Below are positions 35,907-46,528 of a stretch of DNA of 64,000 bases, piece after piece. The position numbers were made by a program, and so were the translations under genes. Each line of letters begins with the position of its first letter. Within the stretch, counting starts at the first letter, position 1. The stretch lies in contig CAXXYE010000004.1 in NCBI GenBank assembly GCA_963674865.2, positions 96,001 to 160,000 of the forward strand, written 5' to 3'. Below the pieces are notes generated by a model. That model saw nothing but the letters and a program-made list of their open reading frames with translations. It did not search any database and was not told the origin of the DNA. The stretch comes from Candidatus Hydrogenedentota bacterium (lineage in GTDB: Bacteria > Hydrogenedentota > Hydrogenedentia > Hydrogenedentales > SLHB01).

Positions 35907-38027
35907 CTAGCGATCCCCGTAGTGGATTTCATACTGTGATGTATCGAGATCTACGGTGACCCGCGTACCATCGCTGAATGCTGTCCGCTGCTTGCGCCAT
36001 GAGCCGTCGAGGAATTCGTGGCTCACCATTTCCTGCATGCCGCACCGGCGGGCCAGTTCGGCCGCTTCCTTCACCTGCGCTATGGCCTCGTTGTCCGCGC
36101 CGGGATTCACGTACGGCAGGCCCGCGTTGAGCAGGCAGTGTAGCTGGCCGGAATCGTTCTCCGGGATGCCCCAGCCGCCCTTGTCCGTCATCGACCACGG
36201 CAAGAGAATCGAGTCGTGGTAGACAAGATTGAAGAGGGGGGCCGATACGCCCATCTCCTTGCGATCTCCAAACGCCGAATAAGGGCCGTGGTGTACGAGG
36301 TCCAGCGATTGCACGAGATAGTCGGCGGGCTCTTCGGAGCTGACCACATAGCCTCGCGCGCGCAGTAGGTCGAAGCAATGGCGCCGGTACAGGGCGCAGT
36401 CGGTGCGTGTCATGGGATGGGCCGGCTGGAAGCTCTCTTCGAGTGGCACCACAGCGAAGACGTCCAGATAGGCGCCCCTTACCTTGATGCCATGCTGCGC
36501 GAAGAGGTCGTGATTGCGCCGGACGTAGCCTGGGGCGAAGCACGGACTGAGTATTGTCTGTGGCCCTCCGCACCACGTGGCATGTTCCTCGCGCGAGCCA
36601 TCTTGCCGCGTGGCGGCCAATCGATCATCGAAGGATACCGCGTTAAAGTAGAAATCGCGATACTGATCATGCACGGCAAACAGGTAGCCGATCTCATCAC
36701 AGGTGTCGGCAAAGGCCCGGAGGCCGTCCCAACCGCCTTGTTCCTCGCCGGGCGGCAGTACGTCGGGATGGCCGTTGTCATAGCCGTAGAAGCCCCACCC
36801 GTCGAGATGCACGTAGGCACTCTCGACTCCTTTGGCCTTGAGTCCGCGCAAGCCGTCGGCGAGTTCGGCGAAGGTGCGCAGTGAATGGTTGGCCTCAATG
36901 CGCTCCTTGTTGAACAGGGACGCCTCCTGGACAAAGTGATACAGCGCGCCTAGGTGGACGACAGGCTTGCCGATGACTTGGTCGAGGGCGGGCGTACGCG
37001 CCAGTTTTTCCCTGAGCGAGACAAAGCGCCCCGTCTCCTGGACGTGTCTCCGGTAGCGCTTCGCCATCGAGACATAGGTGGCGTCATCGTCGAAGACGTA
37101 GCGTACCACGCGCGTGTAGCCGAAGGCGCCGAGGCTGGCGTACCAAATGGGCTGGATACGCGTCGGGCCTCCTGACGGGTGATCATAGGCGCCCCCAGCG
37201 TCGTTTGAGGTCTCTAATATGGTTTGGACGCCGCTGCGGCCGTGAAGCTGACCCCACCAGGGCATATAGAGCCACCGTGAGTTGACCAAGTCCTTGTTGT
37301 GGATATCTTGGGGCCAGTTCCCCGGCAGGAGCATGCCTTGCATGAAGGGAATGACGGAGCAGTCCGTTTCGCCGTTGTCCAGCACAATTGGCTTGGGCCA
37401 ATTGAGCGTCTTCAACGGTGCGTGCATATCCTGCGCCGCGATCTCGAAAACGGCCTCATTGCCGACGAGATTGGCGGTGATGGAAAGGCCGAAACCCGGC
37501 GCGGCCTTGAACTCCCCGAACGACATCGTCATGCCGATGCTGTAGCCGGTGTTGAATGCCTCAGCCGATCGGCTTGCGGCGTCGAGCAGGCTGAATGAGC
37601 CCTCCTGCGTCTCGATATCGGCCTCGTTGGACGGTTCGAATCGCCAGGTGTAGGCGGGGGTTGTGACCGTCATGCTCATGTCGGACTTCGATACCGAGAG
37701 TGCGATGGCGTTATTCCCAATGTGCCAGGAGTCCTCCTCGTCGGCGAAGGCGCCTTGAGGCATCTCGGGGCGTTCGGCGGCATTCGCCCAGAGCCATTGG
37801 CGGACCTCGTCCATCTCAAGATAGATCTCGTTGAATTCCGTCTCAGATGCCGCCCCGTTTTCGAGCAGCGTCTCCAAGTTTGCCAGTCTTGCGGCCCTAT
37901 CGTCGGCCAGACTTTTCGGCACGGTTACAGCCTTGAGCCGCGCCAGGTGTTGTCGAAGCACGTCGAGACGCGGGGCGAGGTCATCGGCCGCGGCGAACTG
38001 GGAAGTCAGAAGGAACAGGACTAACAT
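35907..38027 (-). CDS. GH129/DUF5696-like glycoside hydrolase (alpha-N-acetylgalactosaminidase-like)
   Basis: YVSMAKRYR, HLDGWGFYGYDNGHPD, HDQYRD, AYLDVF, SSEE, PLFNLVYHD. Confidence 0.75.
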   Translation of the reverse strand: MLVLFLLTSQFAAADDLAPRLDVLRQHLARLKAVTVPKSLADDRAARLANLETLLENGAASETEFNEIYLEMDEVRQWLWANAAERPEMPQGAFADEEDSWHIGNNAIALSVSKSDMSMTVTTPAYTWRFEPSNEADIETQEGSFSLLDAASRSAEAFNTGYSIGMTMSFGEFKAAPGFGLSITANLVGNEAVFEIAAQDMHAPLKTLNWPKPIVLDNGETDCSVIPFMQGMLLPGNWPQDIHNKDLVNSRWLYMPWWGQLHGRSGVQTILETSNDAGGAYDHPSGGPTRIQPIWYASLGAFGYTRVVRYVFDDDATYVSMAKRYRRHVQETGRFVSLREKLARTPALDQVIGKPVVHLGALYHFVQEASLFNKERIEANHSLRTFAELADGLRGLKAKGVESAYVHLDGWGFYGYDNGHPDVLPPGEEQGGWDGLRAFADTCDEIGYLFAVHDQYRDFYFNAVSFDDRLAATRQDGSREEHATWCGGPQTILSPCFAPGYVRRNHDLFAQHGIKVRGAYLDVFAVVPLEESFQPAHPMTRTDCALYRRHCFDLLRARGYVVSSEEPADYLVQSLDLVHHGPYSAFGDRKEMGVSAPLFNLVYHDSILLPWSMTDKGGWGIPENDSGQLHCLLNAGLPYVNPGADNEAIAQVKEAAELARRCGMQEMVSHEFLDGSWRKQRTAFSDGTRVTVDLDTSQYEIHYGDR

Positions 38028-38044
38028 CTCTCAACTCCTCTCCA

Positions 38045-41000
38045 TTACCATCGCACACTGTATTTGAGCGGCTTGTCTTCGAAATGGCTCTTCAGGACAA
38101 CGGCACTGAGCTCGGCGTCATATGTCCAGCCATGGGACTGCGATTGAAGGGCTGTGCTATCGGCCATGCGCGGCCCCCCGCCTTGCACGCGGATAGGCTC
38201 CGGCACGGGGGCCAGCATCGAATAGGTATCGAATCCGGCCACGCCCGTCAGCGTGAACTTGATGACGCGCCGTGCGAGGGAACCCCGGCCATGCCCGATG
38301 TCCGCGGCGCTGTTGAGAAAGATCATCGCCTCCGGCTCATCCCCGAACCGGGCAAACCGGATCTCGGGCGACCGCCCGCGCAGGCGGAAACCGTTCATGA
38401 GGATGTTCTCGGGGCCGATATCGGCGGGATTTGGCGTGTTCTTAACCATGTTCCAGGAGTCGGGATAGCACCCCTTGCTTGGCCCATCAGCGTATTGCTG
38501 CCACTCCGCGGAACGGGTGATGCCCTCGGCCACCCGGCGCCAGTCAAAGGAGTCGTCGAACTCGGCGAGGTCCTGAAGGGCGTAGGCATACACCAGCCCG
38601 CACCAAACCACCGGGAGTCCCAGCCATGAATGGGTGAAGAATGTGGAGCCGATTACGGAAATGACGTTATAGCGCATGGTTGGATAGCCGTCGAGTTCCC
38701 ACATGTAGATGAACGGCAGGCCGCTCCAGGCCCAATAGCGCGCGTGGGCGAGGTATTCGGCGTCGCCCGTCATGCGGTAGGCCTCGCAATACGCTCGAAT
38801 GGCCTGGCCGGCGGCTAGGATATCCGGTTGGTAGAGGGGGCATTCCCACACCTGCGCCCCACGAGGTACCTCGTAGCGCGCCATCTGCTCCATGGCTTCG
38901 AGTGCGTCGTGGCGAAGCGCCGTGTCCCCGGTGAAACGCGCCGCGCGCAGGGCCGTCCAGGAGGCGTGGGCCGCCTGGCCCAAGGTGTGGTCGCCGGGCG
39001 CCCCCAGGATAGCGTGCTTCTCATCCTGCGGTTGCCATATCCATAGTCCGTTCTGCCTCGCGTCCAAACGCGCAAGAGCGTTCCGCCGAAAATCGCGCAT
39101 ACTCTCGGCGACGTATCCATACAAGAAGGGAAGCTCGCCCATCACGATATGGCAGCCAGCGTTCGTCCAGAGGTAGTGCGGCCCCTGTTCGCGTATCGCC
39201 CGTTCGACAGCCATGGCAACATGACGCTCGATCTCGCTACGCACCTCGGATGAGGTCCCGGCGCGTGCGTCGGCGAGCAGCGGGACAGCATGCCCCACGA
39301 GAAGCCCCGGCTCCCAGCCGTGGCAATGCGACCACCCCGGCGGCTCCTCGCTCCATATCGCGTTGAAGTAGGCGTCCCGGCACAGCGCCCGCTCTTCTCC
39401 CCATGTGCGCGGCGGGTCGGAGGGGGCGGGAAGTCCGTACACTTGAAACCAATGGCGCATGGCTTCGAGTGCCAGTGCGCCCCTGTGTGGGCCGTGAACC
39501 AGACTCTTTTGAGAGTACCTGGCGGCGTGATCGAGCACAAGCCATGACTCTAGGCGCAACACGCCCCCGCGGGGGAGGTGATAGGACTTGTCTGCCTGAT
39601 ACGTGTTCTCGGCGACGTATTCACCCACCGATGGCGCGAAAAGGGACATGTGAATGTGTTCGTAGCCGGAGTCGGGATGGGGCGCCAGAAACCGGGCGGC
39701 TGGGCGTTTTTCCTGTTCCGCCCACTCCTGGTTGGCCTCCCACATCAACGAGATCAACGCATTCCGGCCCTGCACGGCCATCAGCGGCGTCGTGATTTTG
39801 TATGCGGCCGGCACGCGGCGATCGCTCGACGGATAGGCCAAGTCGCGTTCGGAGGAGGATTCCTCGTCGGCTTCCAGGTATTCCAGCCCGGGGAAGATGG
39901 CGAAGTCCTTCTCAACTCCGAAGGCACGATCACCTGCCAAGATAACCGGCCCATAGAAGGCCGAGATATCGAGATCCGCAAACGTCTGGAGCACACTATC
40001 CATTTCGATGCGTGGGGAATCGGCGCTTGGTTTGAAGAGGACGCGCACGGTGCAGGGCGCCGCAAGCCCTTCCGTGCCTTCCAGGTCAACGATAAGCACG
40101 TTCTCATCCGTCTGAAAGGCCGAAACGCGGAGCGGGACCTCCAGGGTGGCTCCCGCACTTGTGCGGGCAACTAGTCGCGCAAGGGGCCAGAGAGAGCCCA
40201 CGCGTTGCCAGGCGGCGCCGTTCCACGCCTCGGCGATGGCGTAGCTTGATGACTCGTCAAGGACGAAACTGAGGCGGGACCACGCGTTGGACACGACGGC
40301 GGCGATGGGCCGGCCGGGGGAGAGGGAGACATCGGGCTGCTCCGAATGGTTGGTGTCTGTGGCTGGTTCGCGAGGAAAGACTCTGACGGAGGCGGAGACG
40401 GGGGAGAGAGCCGGGATCTCGCATCGCACCGCGAGAGGGCCGGGCTGCGCACTCACAAGATTGGGCAAGGCGTACGTGCGGCGCTCTCCGGGCGGCAGCG
40501 TCCCGATCGCCGGTGCTTCAACCGGGGCCGGCCCTCCGCAGGGCATTGCCACCTCGACGGAAATCTTCTCGTTGCCGTGATAGACGCCCAGGCCCCTGTT
40601 TTCCAGGTTTAGGAGGGCCGAAAAGGGGCGGCCTGCCGTGGCCAAGGGCGAGCTGAAGTCGAGGCCGACAAACCGCAGGCCGGCCGTGTGCGGTGCAACA
40701 TCCAGGGATACAAGCTTCGCCCCGCCTTCCAAGACATCGAACTGGACAGGCTCGATACGCTGGAAGTCAAGCGGGATGAGGTGGGTGCCAGGCTGAAGGC
40801 TCGCCTCTTCGCCGGCTTCGCCCATGCTGAATCTCACGGATGAGGGCGTTTCACAGCGTATGCGGGCCAAGGCTACGCCCGCCGAATCCTCTGGTAGCGC
40901 CAGATAGTCCTTCGCGGCCTCAACGGTGACAAGAAGCGGCCGCACGAAGACGGCCCAGTCGTAGCTGGAATTCGCGGCAATAGCGTTGGTGTGAAACGCA

Positions 41001-41509
41001 ATGGCCACCTCTTGGCCACGCCAGGGCGAGAGGTCGACCGCGCGTGCCTTCCAGGCGGACTCAGCCAAGTTCTCCTCGAAAACGATGGCCTCGCCAACAG
41101 TCACGGCGAATTTCACGCCGTTTGGATTGGCGTTGGAAGTGTCCCACGGGATGCCATCGCGCAGGCCGATATGGAAGAGGAGCACCGGCTTGCCGGTAAC
41201 GGAAGCGTCCGGAAGGGATACGGCGGGATAGGTGAGTATCGCGTCCTCTGAAGTGTCTTGCGGATGCAGGAAGATGCCGGGGGCCTGTCTCGACCCCGAG
41301 CGTTCACTCTGGCTCGCGGATGCGGCCAGTGCTTTCGCCGGTGTTGCCAGGCCGAATTCGGCTACGAAGTCCTTGAGGACACGCACGCCCGGCTCGCGGG
41401 CATCCGCGGGAGTGGCCTGCGCGGCGATAGCCAGCGCAGCCGTGAGGGTGAGGCGGATGCACCACATTCCGCAACGCGTCGGCCTTGTGTGGCGTGCTCC
41501 GATATCCAT
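38045..41509 (-). CDS. Large secreted hypothetical protein (start uncertain)
   Basis: 1154-aa ORF, signal-peptide-like N-terminus, beta-rich N-half, Trp/Tyr-rich helical C-third. Confidence 0.75.
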   Translation of the reverse strand: MDIGARHTRPTRCGMWCIRLTLTAALAIAAQATPADAREPGVRVLKDFVAEFGLATPAKALAASASQSERSGSRQAPGIFLHPQDTSEDAILTYPAVSLPDASVTGKPVLLFHIGLRDGIPWDTSNANPNGVKFAVTVGEAIVFEENLAESAWKARAVDLSPWRGQEVAIAFHTNAIAANSSYDWAVFVRPLLVTVEAAKDYLALPEDSAGVALARIRCETPSSVRFSMGEAGEEASLQPGTHLIPLDFQRIEPVQFDVLEGGAKLVSLDVAPHTAGLRFVGLDFSSPLATAGRPFSALLNLENRGLGVYHGNEKISVEVAMPCGGPAPVEAPAIGTLPPGERRTYALPNLVSAQPGPLAVRCEIPALSPVSASVRVFPREPATDTNHSEQPDVSLSPGRPIAAVVSNAWSRLSFVLDESSSYAIAEAWNGAAWQRVGSLWPLARLVARTSAGATLEVPLRVSAFQTDENVLIVDLEGTEGLAAPCTVRVLFKPSADSPRIEMDSVLQTFADLDISAFYGPVILAGDRAFGVEKDFAIFPGLEYLEADEESSSERDLAYPSSDRRVPAAYKITTPLMAVQGRNALISLMWEANQEWAEQEKRPAARFLAPHPDSGYEHIHMSLFAPSVGEYVAENTYQADKSYHLPRGGVLRLESWLVLDHAARYSQKSLVHGPHRGALALEAMRHWFQVYGLPAPSDPPRTWGEERALCRDAYFNAIWSEEPPGWSHCHGWEPGLLVGHAVPLLADARAGTSSEVRSEIERHVAMAVERAIREQGPHYLWTNAGCHIVMGELPFLYGYVAESMRDFRRNALARLDARQNGLWIWQPQDEKHAILGAPGDHTLGQAAHASWTALRAARFTGDTALRHDALEAMEQMARYEVPRGAQVWECPLYQPDILAAGQAIRAYCEAYRMTGDAEYLAHARYWAWSGLPFIYMWELDGYPTMRYNVISVIGSTFFTHSWLGLPVVWCGLVYAYALQDLAEFDDSFDWRRVAEGITRSAEWQQYADGPSKGCYPDSWNMVKNTPNPADIGPENILMNGFRLRGRSPEIRFARFGDEPEAMIFLNSAADIGHGRGSLARRVIKFTLTGVAGFDTYSMLAPVPEPIRVQGGGPRMADSTALQSQSHGWTYDAELSAVVLKSHFEDKPLKYSVRW

Positions 41510-41727
41510 GCATACACCTCCCTTACCGGATGGCCTCCAGCATGATGCACGGGAGTATAGAGTGCGGCTCAGAGTGCTTCAAACCTTCTGGAAGGCGAAT
41601 TAGCCTCTGGAATTGGCCGAAGAACCCACGCTAGAATGCGTGAAGTGTCCGTGTATCAAGGGGGATGTGCCCGGCGGCCAGTTGTCTGGCCCGAGGGTGC
41701 AGCCCTCGGAGGACACCTGAGTCTGGA

Positions 41728-43866
41728 ATGGATAACGAGAAGCGTATAGAAGAACTCGAAGCCGAGGTCGAGCGCCTATCCCACAGGTTGCGCACCGCGT
41801 CAGACGGCGCTAGGCGCGGGGCGGGAGCCGGGCTGGACGCTTGGCCGGAAAGCCGTTTGCCGGTTGGCCGCATTCTGCTTGTGGTGATGGCTGCGCTTCT
41901 TGTCGGCGCGGCGCTGCTGGTATTCGGCCCGGAGGGCTTCGATATCCGCCAGGCCTTGGAGTTCCCATCGGAGTTGGCCACGCAGGATATCGACTATGTC
42001 CTGCTCGCATGCGTGCTCCTTGGACTGATGGCCGTCCTATTCTTTGCGATGCGATGGCGCATTACCTTTCTTTCTTTCGCACTCGCGGCGACGTACCTCA
42101 CCTATGCGATATACTTCCGGCAGCAGCCCGACGCTCTGAGCCTTTCCTCCCGAGATTACTTCTGGCTCTCGTCCGGATTTCTTACGGTTGTCTATCTGCT
42201 TTTCGCGGGCACTTTCATCCATGACGTTCGGCGCTTGGTCCGAGGTCAGCGCCGCGAAGCCGTGTTGGCCTGCGTGAATTCGCTTTTTTTCGTCCTGTTG
42301 GCGTCGCAGGCCGTTGGGCGGAGCTATCCTGAGTCCAGGGCACTTTGCGAACTCCTTTTTGCCGCGGCCTTGGTGAGTCTGGCCTTGCTGGCTGAGACCT
42401 CCGGCCCGCATCGCAATTACCTGTTCCAGGTTTTCATGGGAAAGGCCGTGCTTCTGGCCACTCTGGCGCTCAAGGATTTCCTTCCCGAAGCCTGGCTTCT
42501 CCCGGCCATGGCGGCGGAGTGCTTTGTGCTGGCGTTTATCTACTGCCGCACCGGCGTGGTCGCCTTCAAGGCCCTCAACCTGCTCCTCCTCTTCATCACT
42601 TTCGGCGGGGCCCTGTTCGCCGTACGCTCCGTTCGCGCCGTGACGGTGGGGGTGTTCGCCGTGCCGCCGAACTGGCTAAGCGGATTGAGCGTGCCGGGCG
42701 TATTCCTGTTAACGGCGTGGCTCTATGAGCATTTCGCCCGCCGCCGCGGCCCTGAACAACGCAGCAGAAGCGGCCACTGGTTTCTCGCCGACACGTGGCT
42801 TGATGTTCCTGGGACAGCGACCGCCATTTTGCACGCCGCTATGGGCGCCTTGGTTCTGGTTACCTTCACCATCCTGGAATTCGGTGAGGATCCCGTGCTG
42901 CCGTACGTGCTCGCCGGGGAGAGTCTTGTCATACTGGTTATCGGATTCCTTCTACGAACGCCGCAGATCGAAGTCGGCAGCGTTCTGCTTCTTGTGGCCA
43001 CCCACGTCAGCTACTACTTCTTTCTTGTCACGGCCAGAGACTCCTTTGAGGAGGATGCTTCCCTCGTGCCGTATTCGCTTCTCGTAGCGGCGGTTACCTT
43101 CTTCGGGGCCTACCAGTGGGAGCGCTATCTGAAGGGCAACAAGCGACCGGAGTACATTCGTCATGACCTCGTTGAGGCCACGCCCTACCTTCTCGCCACG
43201 GCCATGCTTGCGACATTGCTCGGCATGAAGCTGCGGGGAGTCTTCGGGCCGTTGGCTCAAAACGCCCTTGGCGGCGTCCTCATCGTGTCGAGCTTTGCCT
43301 TCGGCATCACGCCGCTCGTTTTCTCGGGCATGGCGGCGATGGCCATCGGCACCGGCCTCTACATCGCGCGGATGTACGGTATGCAGCTTCCTCTCGAAGG
43401 CCAGCATGCATCGTGGGCGTATCTTGTATTGATACTGATCACCTATTCTACAGCGGAGCGCCTTCTTGTGTGGTTGCCTCGGCCGGGCCGCCCGCCCTCG
43501 AAGACGGAGGACGCCCTACGCGCAGTTCTTGTCTTCACGGCGGCCGCTTTGGGCGCTTTTGCGGTGCTCAACATGCTTCCGGCCCGTCATGTCGCGCTGG
43601 CCTGGATAGGCCACGCGCTCGTGGGCGTGGTGCTCGGCGCAGTTCTCCGCGAGAGCCGCTACCGCATGGCGGCCCTACTGCTCCTTGCCGGGACGGCGGC
43701 GCGCCTCGTGGCCTATGACAGGCACAACGAGCCCATCGAATGGGTGCGTTGGAGCAGTGTGGCCGCCGGGGTGGTGTTCGTGGTGCTTATCATCACGTGG
43801 TTCTATTCGCTGCGAAAGAACCGCGTGCCCCGCGCCATGGGCCCTGACGCGAATGAGCATGAATAG
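41728..43866 (+). CDS. Polytopic membrane protein (DUF2339-like)
   Basis: N-terminal coiled coil RIEELEAEVERL, many TM segments, C-terminal ESRYRMAALLLL...LVAYD. Confidence 0.7.
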   Translation: MDNEKRIEELEAEVERLSHRLRTASDGARRGAGAGLDAWPESRLPVGRILLVVMAALLVGAALLVFGPEGFDIRQALEFPSELATQDIDYVLLACVLLGLMAVLFFAMRWRITFLSFALAATYLTYAIYFRQQPDALSLSSRDYFWLSSGFLTVVYLLFAGTFIHDVRRLVRGQRREAVLACVNSLFFVLLASQAVGRSYPESRALCELLFAAALVSLALLAETSGPHRNYLFQVFMGKAVLLATLALKDFLPEAWLLPAMAAECFVLAFIYCRTGVVAFKALNLLLLFITFGGALFAVRSVRAVTVGVFAVPPNWLSGLSVPGVFLLTAWLYEHFARRRGPEQRSRSGHWFLADTWLDVPGTATAILHAAMGALVLVTFTILEFGEDPVLPYVLAGESLVILVIGFLLRTPQIEVGSVLLLVATHVSYYFFLVTARDSFEEDASLVPYSLLVAAVTFFGAYQWERYLKGNKRPEYIRHDLVEATPYLLATAMLATLLGMKLRGVFGPLAQNALGGVLIVSSFAFGITPLVFSGMAAMAIGTGLYIARMYGMQLPLEGQHASWAYLVLILITYSTAERLLVWLPRPGRPPSKTEDALRAVLVFTAAALGAFAVLNMLPARHVALAWIGHALVGVVLGAVLRESRYRMAALLLLAGTAARLVAYDRHNEPIEWVRWSSVAAGVVFVVLIITWFYSLRKNRVPRAMGPDANEHE

Positions 43867-45175
43867 GCTCCGCGAAGCGGCGACGGGGATCTGCCTCATC
43901 CTTACAGAAGCCGGCCACCGCGCCCTTTTCGCTGGCGGCTGTGTGCGCGACCTGCTCCTCGGACGGTCGCCCCAAGACTACGACATCGCCACCAGCGCCC
44001 GCCCCGATGAAGTGGCCGCTCTTTTCCCCAAGACGGTTGATGTCGGGGCGGCATTCGGCGTGCAGGTCGTCGTTTTGCCTGAGGGGGCCTTCGAGGTGGC
44101 CACATTTCGTAAGGATGGCCCCTATCTTGACGGCCGGCGCCCGCGGAGCGTGGCGTTTGTCGACGAACGCGAGGACGCATTCAGACGCGATTTCACCATC
44201 AACGCCATGTTCTTCGATCCTGCCAGTGAGGCCGTTGTGGACTATGTCGGCGGCCGTACCGATCTCGACGCAGGCGTCATTCGGGCCGTGGGTGATGCGG
44301 GGAAGCGCTTTGACGAGGACCACCTTCGCCTCTTGCGGGCCGTGCGTTTTGCCGCCCGATTGGACTATGTCATTGCCGACGAGACGATGGCGGCGATACG
44401 CAGCCGGGCCTCCTCGATTGTGCATACTGCCGCCGAACGTGTGCGGGATGAGCTGCTGAAGCTCCTTACGGAAGGCGGAGCGCGCCGGGCGTTTGAACTC
44501 ATGGACGAAACGGGCCTGCTCGAACACGTGCTGCCGGAAGTGGCGCGGATGAAAGGCGTGGCACAGCCGGATGAGTTCCATCCTGAGGGGGACGTGTTCA
44601 TCCACACCCTCCTGATGCTTGAGGCGATGCACGACCCCTCCTATGCATTGGCCATGGCGGTGCTCCTGCATGATGTCGGCAAGCCGCTTACGCAGACCTT
44701 TGATGATCGGATACGCTTCAACAATCACGACAAGGTCGGCGCACGCGAAGCCGAGAAGGTATGCCGGCGAGTGCGCATGCCTGCCGAAGCCACGGCGCGG
44801 ATAGCGTGGCTGGTGGAGAACCACATGCGCGTGGCCGCCGCGCCGAAGATGCGCCCGAGCACACTGAAGCGCATGTTGCGGGAGGAGGCCTTCCCCGAAT
44901 TGCTAGAGCTATTCCACCTGGATTGTATGGCAAGCCATCGGGATATCGAGGCGGTGGAGTGGCTGAAACACTATGCGGAGCGCGTCGAGCCGGACGAACT
45001 CAAGCCGCCGCCGCTTCTAACGGGGAACGATTTGCTTGCCATGGGCTATGAACCGGGGCCCCTCTTCTCGACGATTCTGTCCGCGGTGGAGGATGCCCAA
45101 CTGAACGGAGCGCTGACATCCGCCGGGGAGGCTCGATCATTTGCGCGTTGCCACTGGCCTCCACCGGCGCAATAG
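43853..45175 (+). CDS. cca: CCA tRNA nucleotidyltransferase with HD domain
   Basis: GGCVRDLL, DYDIAT, EVATFR, RRDFTINA, EDHLRLLRAVRF, HPEGDVFIHT, LLHDVGK. Confidence 0.9.
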   Translation: MSMNRLREAATGICLILTEAGHRALFAGGCVRDLLLGRSPQDYDIATSARPDEVAALFPKTVDVGAAFGVQVVVLPEGAFEVATFRKDGPYLDGRRPRSVAFVDEREDAFRRDFTINAMFFDPASEAVVDYVGGRTDLDAGVIRAVGDAGKRFDEDHLRLLRAVRFAARLDYVIADETMAAIRSRASSIVHTAAERVRDELLKLLTEGGARRAFELMDETGLLEHVLPEVARMKGVAQPDEFHPEGDVFIHTLLMLEAMHDPSYALAMAVLLHDVGKPLTQTFDDRIRFNNHDKVGAREAEKVCRRVRMPAEATARIAWLVENHMRVAAAPKMRPSTLKRMLREEAFPELLELFHLDCMASHRDIEAVEWLKHYAERVEPDELKPPPLLTGNDLLAMGYEPGPLFSTILSAVEDAQLNGALTSAGEARSFARCHWPPPAQ

Positions 45176-45324
45176 CGCGGCCTTCCGCGAGTTCTTGCGG
45201 CCGGCCGACTGAATGCGGTATACGGATTCTATGGTGCCTCCCTGAGTGAGAGTCGTGCGGGCGCGAAGTCCTCGGTGTTGATGTGGGCCTGGCGGTATGC
45301 TGGGCGGCTGGAGGAGAAGAAATC

Positions 45325-46008
45325 ATGTTGAGGTATCGCATTATATTGTGTGCGGCGGCTGTAGCGGTTGCTTTTTCCGTGGTGGCATTGGCTGCGGATG
45401 AAGAGTGGATTTCGTTGTTTGACGGGAAGACGCTCAAAGGATGGATCCAGAAGAACGGGACCGCCACGTACCGCGTCGAGGATGGCGCTATTGTGGGAAA
45501 GACGACGCCGGCCAGTCCAAACTCGTTCTTGTGCAGCGTCGGTGAATATGGCGACTTCGAGCTGGAGTTCGACGTCAAGTTGCTCAATAACCAACTTAAC
45601 TCGGGCGTTCAGATACGCTCGCTCACGAAGGAGCCGGAGGGCGACGCGAAGTTCGGACGGGTGAACGGCCCGCAGGTCGAGATCGAGGCGAGCGGCGAGA
45701 AGGGCGCCGAGTCAGGCTACATCTACGGCGAAGCCTGCGGGGGGTGGATGACGCCCAAGGATAAGCTCATCCCCCGGAAGGTGTTCAAGGACGGCGAATG
45801 GAACCACTACCGGATCGTGGCTCAAGGACCGCGGATTCAGACGTGGATTAACGGCGAAGCCGTCGAGGATTTATCCGACGCGGCCAAGTTCGCGTCGCAT
45901 CCGAAGGGCTTTATCGGACTGCAGGTCCACGGCGTCGGCGATGCGGGCCCCTACGAGGTGGCGTGGCGGAAGATCCGCATCAAGGTCCTCGACAAGAAGC
46001 AGGCGTAA
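45325..46008 (+). CDS. DUF1080 (3-keto-disaccharide hydrolase/hydratase-like) secreted protein
   Basis: WISLFDGKTLKGW, YGDFEL, NSGVQIRS, GEWNHY, GFIGLQVH. Confidence 0.9.
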   Translation: MLRYRIILCAAAVAVAFSVVALAADEEWISLFDGKTLKGWIQKNGTATYRVEDGAIVGKTTPASPNSFLCSVGEYGDFELEFDVKLLNNQLNSGVQIRSLTKEPEGDAKFGRVNGPQVEIEASGEKGAESGYIYGEACGGWMTPKDKLIPRKVFKDGEWNHYRIVAQGPRIQTWINGEAVEDLSDAAKFASHPKGFIGLQVHGVGDAGPYEVAWRKIRIKVLDKKQA

Positions 46009-46141
46009 GGCCGCTCGGAAGATTAGTCAAGAGTCTCCCTGCCACGTCCGTGAGAGTGTGCAGACCCTTTGCGAATTGCGCGTTAGCGCGTGCGAGATTA
46101 TACTCGCAGAGGCCGGATTGGCCGATGCCGAGGATCGACCC

Positions 46142-46528
46142 GTGAAACGATTCAACGATTTCTCCCAGTTCTACAATCTTGTTACGGACTACGGCGAAAA
46201 GGCCCGGATGGGCCATATGCCCACCGGAACCTGGCAGCCCCTTCTGGACATCTACGAACGCAAGGACAGCATCCTGATTGTCGTCGAGCTGCCGGGGGTG
46301 GACAAAGACCGGATCACCGTAACCATCGAGCAGGGCGTGCTCAAGATCGTCGGTTACCGGCCCAAACAAGTCCCCGAGGGAACCGAGCACGTCCATCAGA
46401 TGGAGATTCCCTATGGCCATTTCGCCCGTTACGTGAAGCTGCCGCCGTGCGCCGATATCGAGAAAGTAGAAGCCAAGCACGACAGAGGCTACCTCACCAT
46501 CGAGATACCGAGGAAACCGACCCAATGA
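46142..46528 (+). CDS. Hsp20/alpha-crystallin small heat-shock protein (start uncertain)
   Basis: WQPLLDIYE, VELPGV, EIPYGHFAR.VKLP, GYLTIEIP. Confidence 0.85.
   Translation: MKRFNDFSQFYNLVTDYGEKARMGHMPTGTWQPLLDIYERKDSILIVVELPGVDKDRITVTIEQGVLKIVGYRPKQVPEGTEHVHQMEIPYGHFARYVKLPPCADIEKVEAKHDRGYLTIEIPRKPTQ

Noticed and set aside
43793..44824. 343-aa minus-strand ORF
   Set aside because: Antisense shadow of cca
46090..46524. 145-aa N-terminal extension of Lon given by the ORF track
   Set aside because: Overlaps hsp20 in another frame; the ATG at 46525 gives a normal Lon
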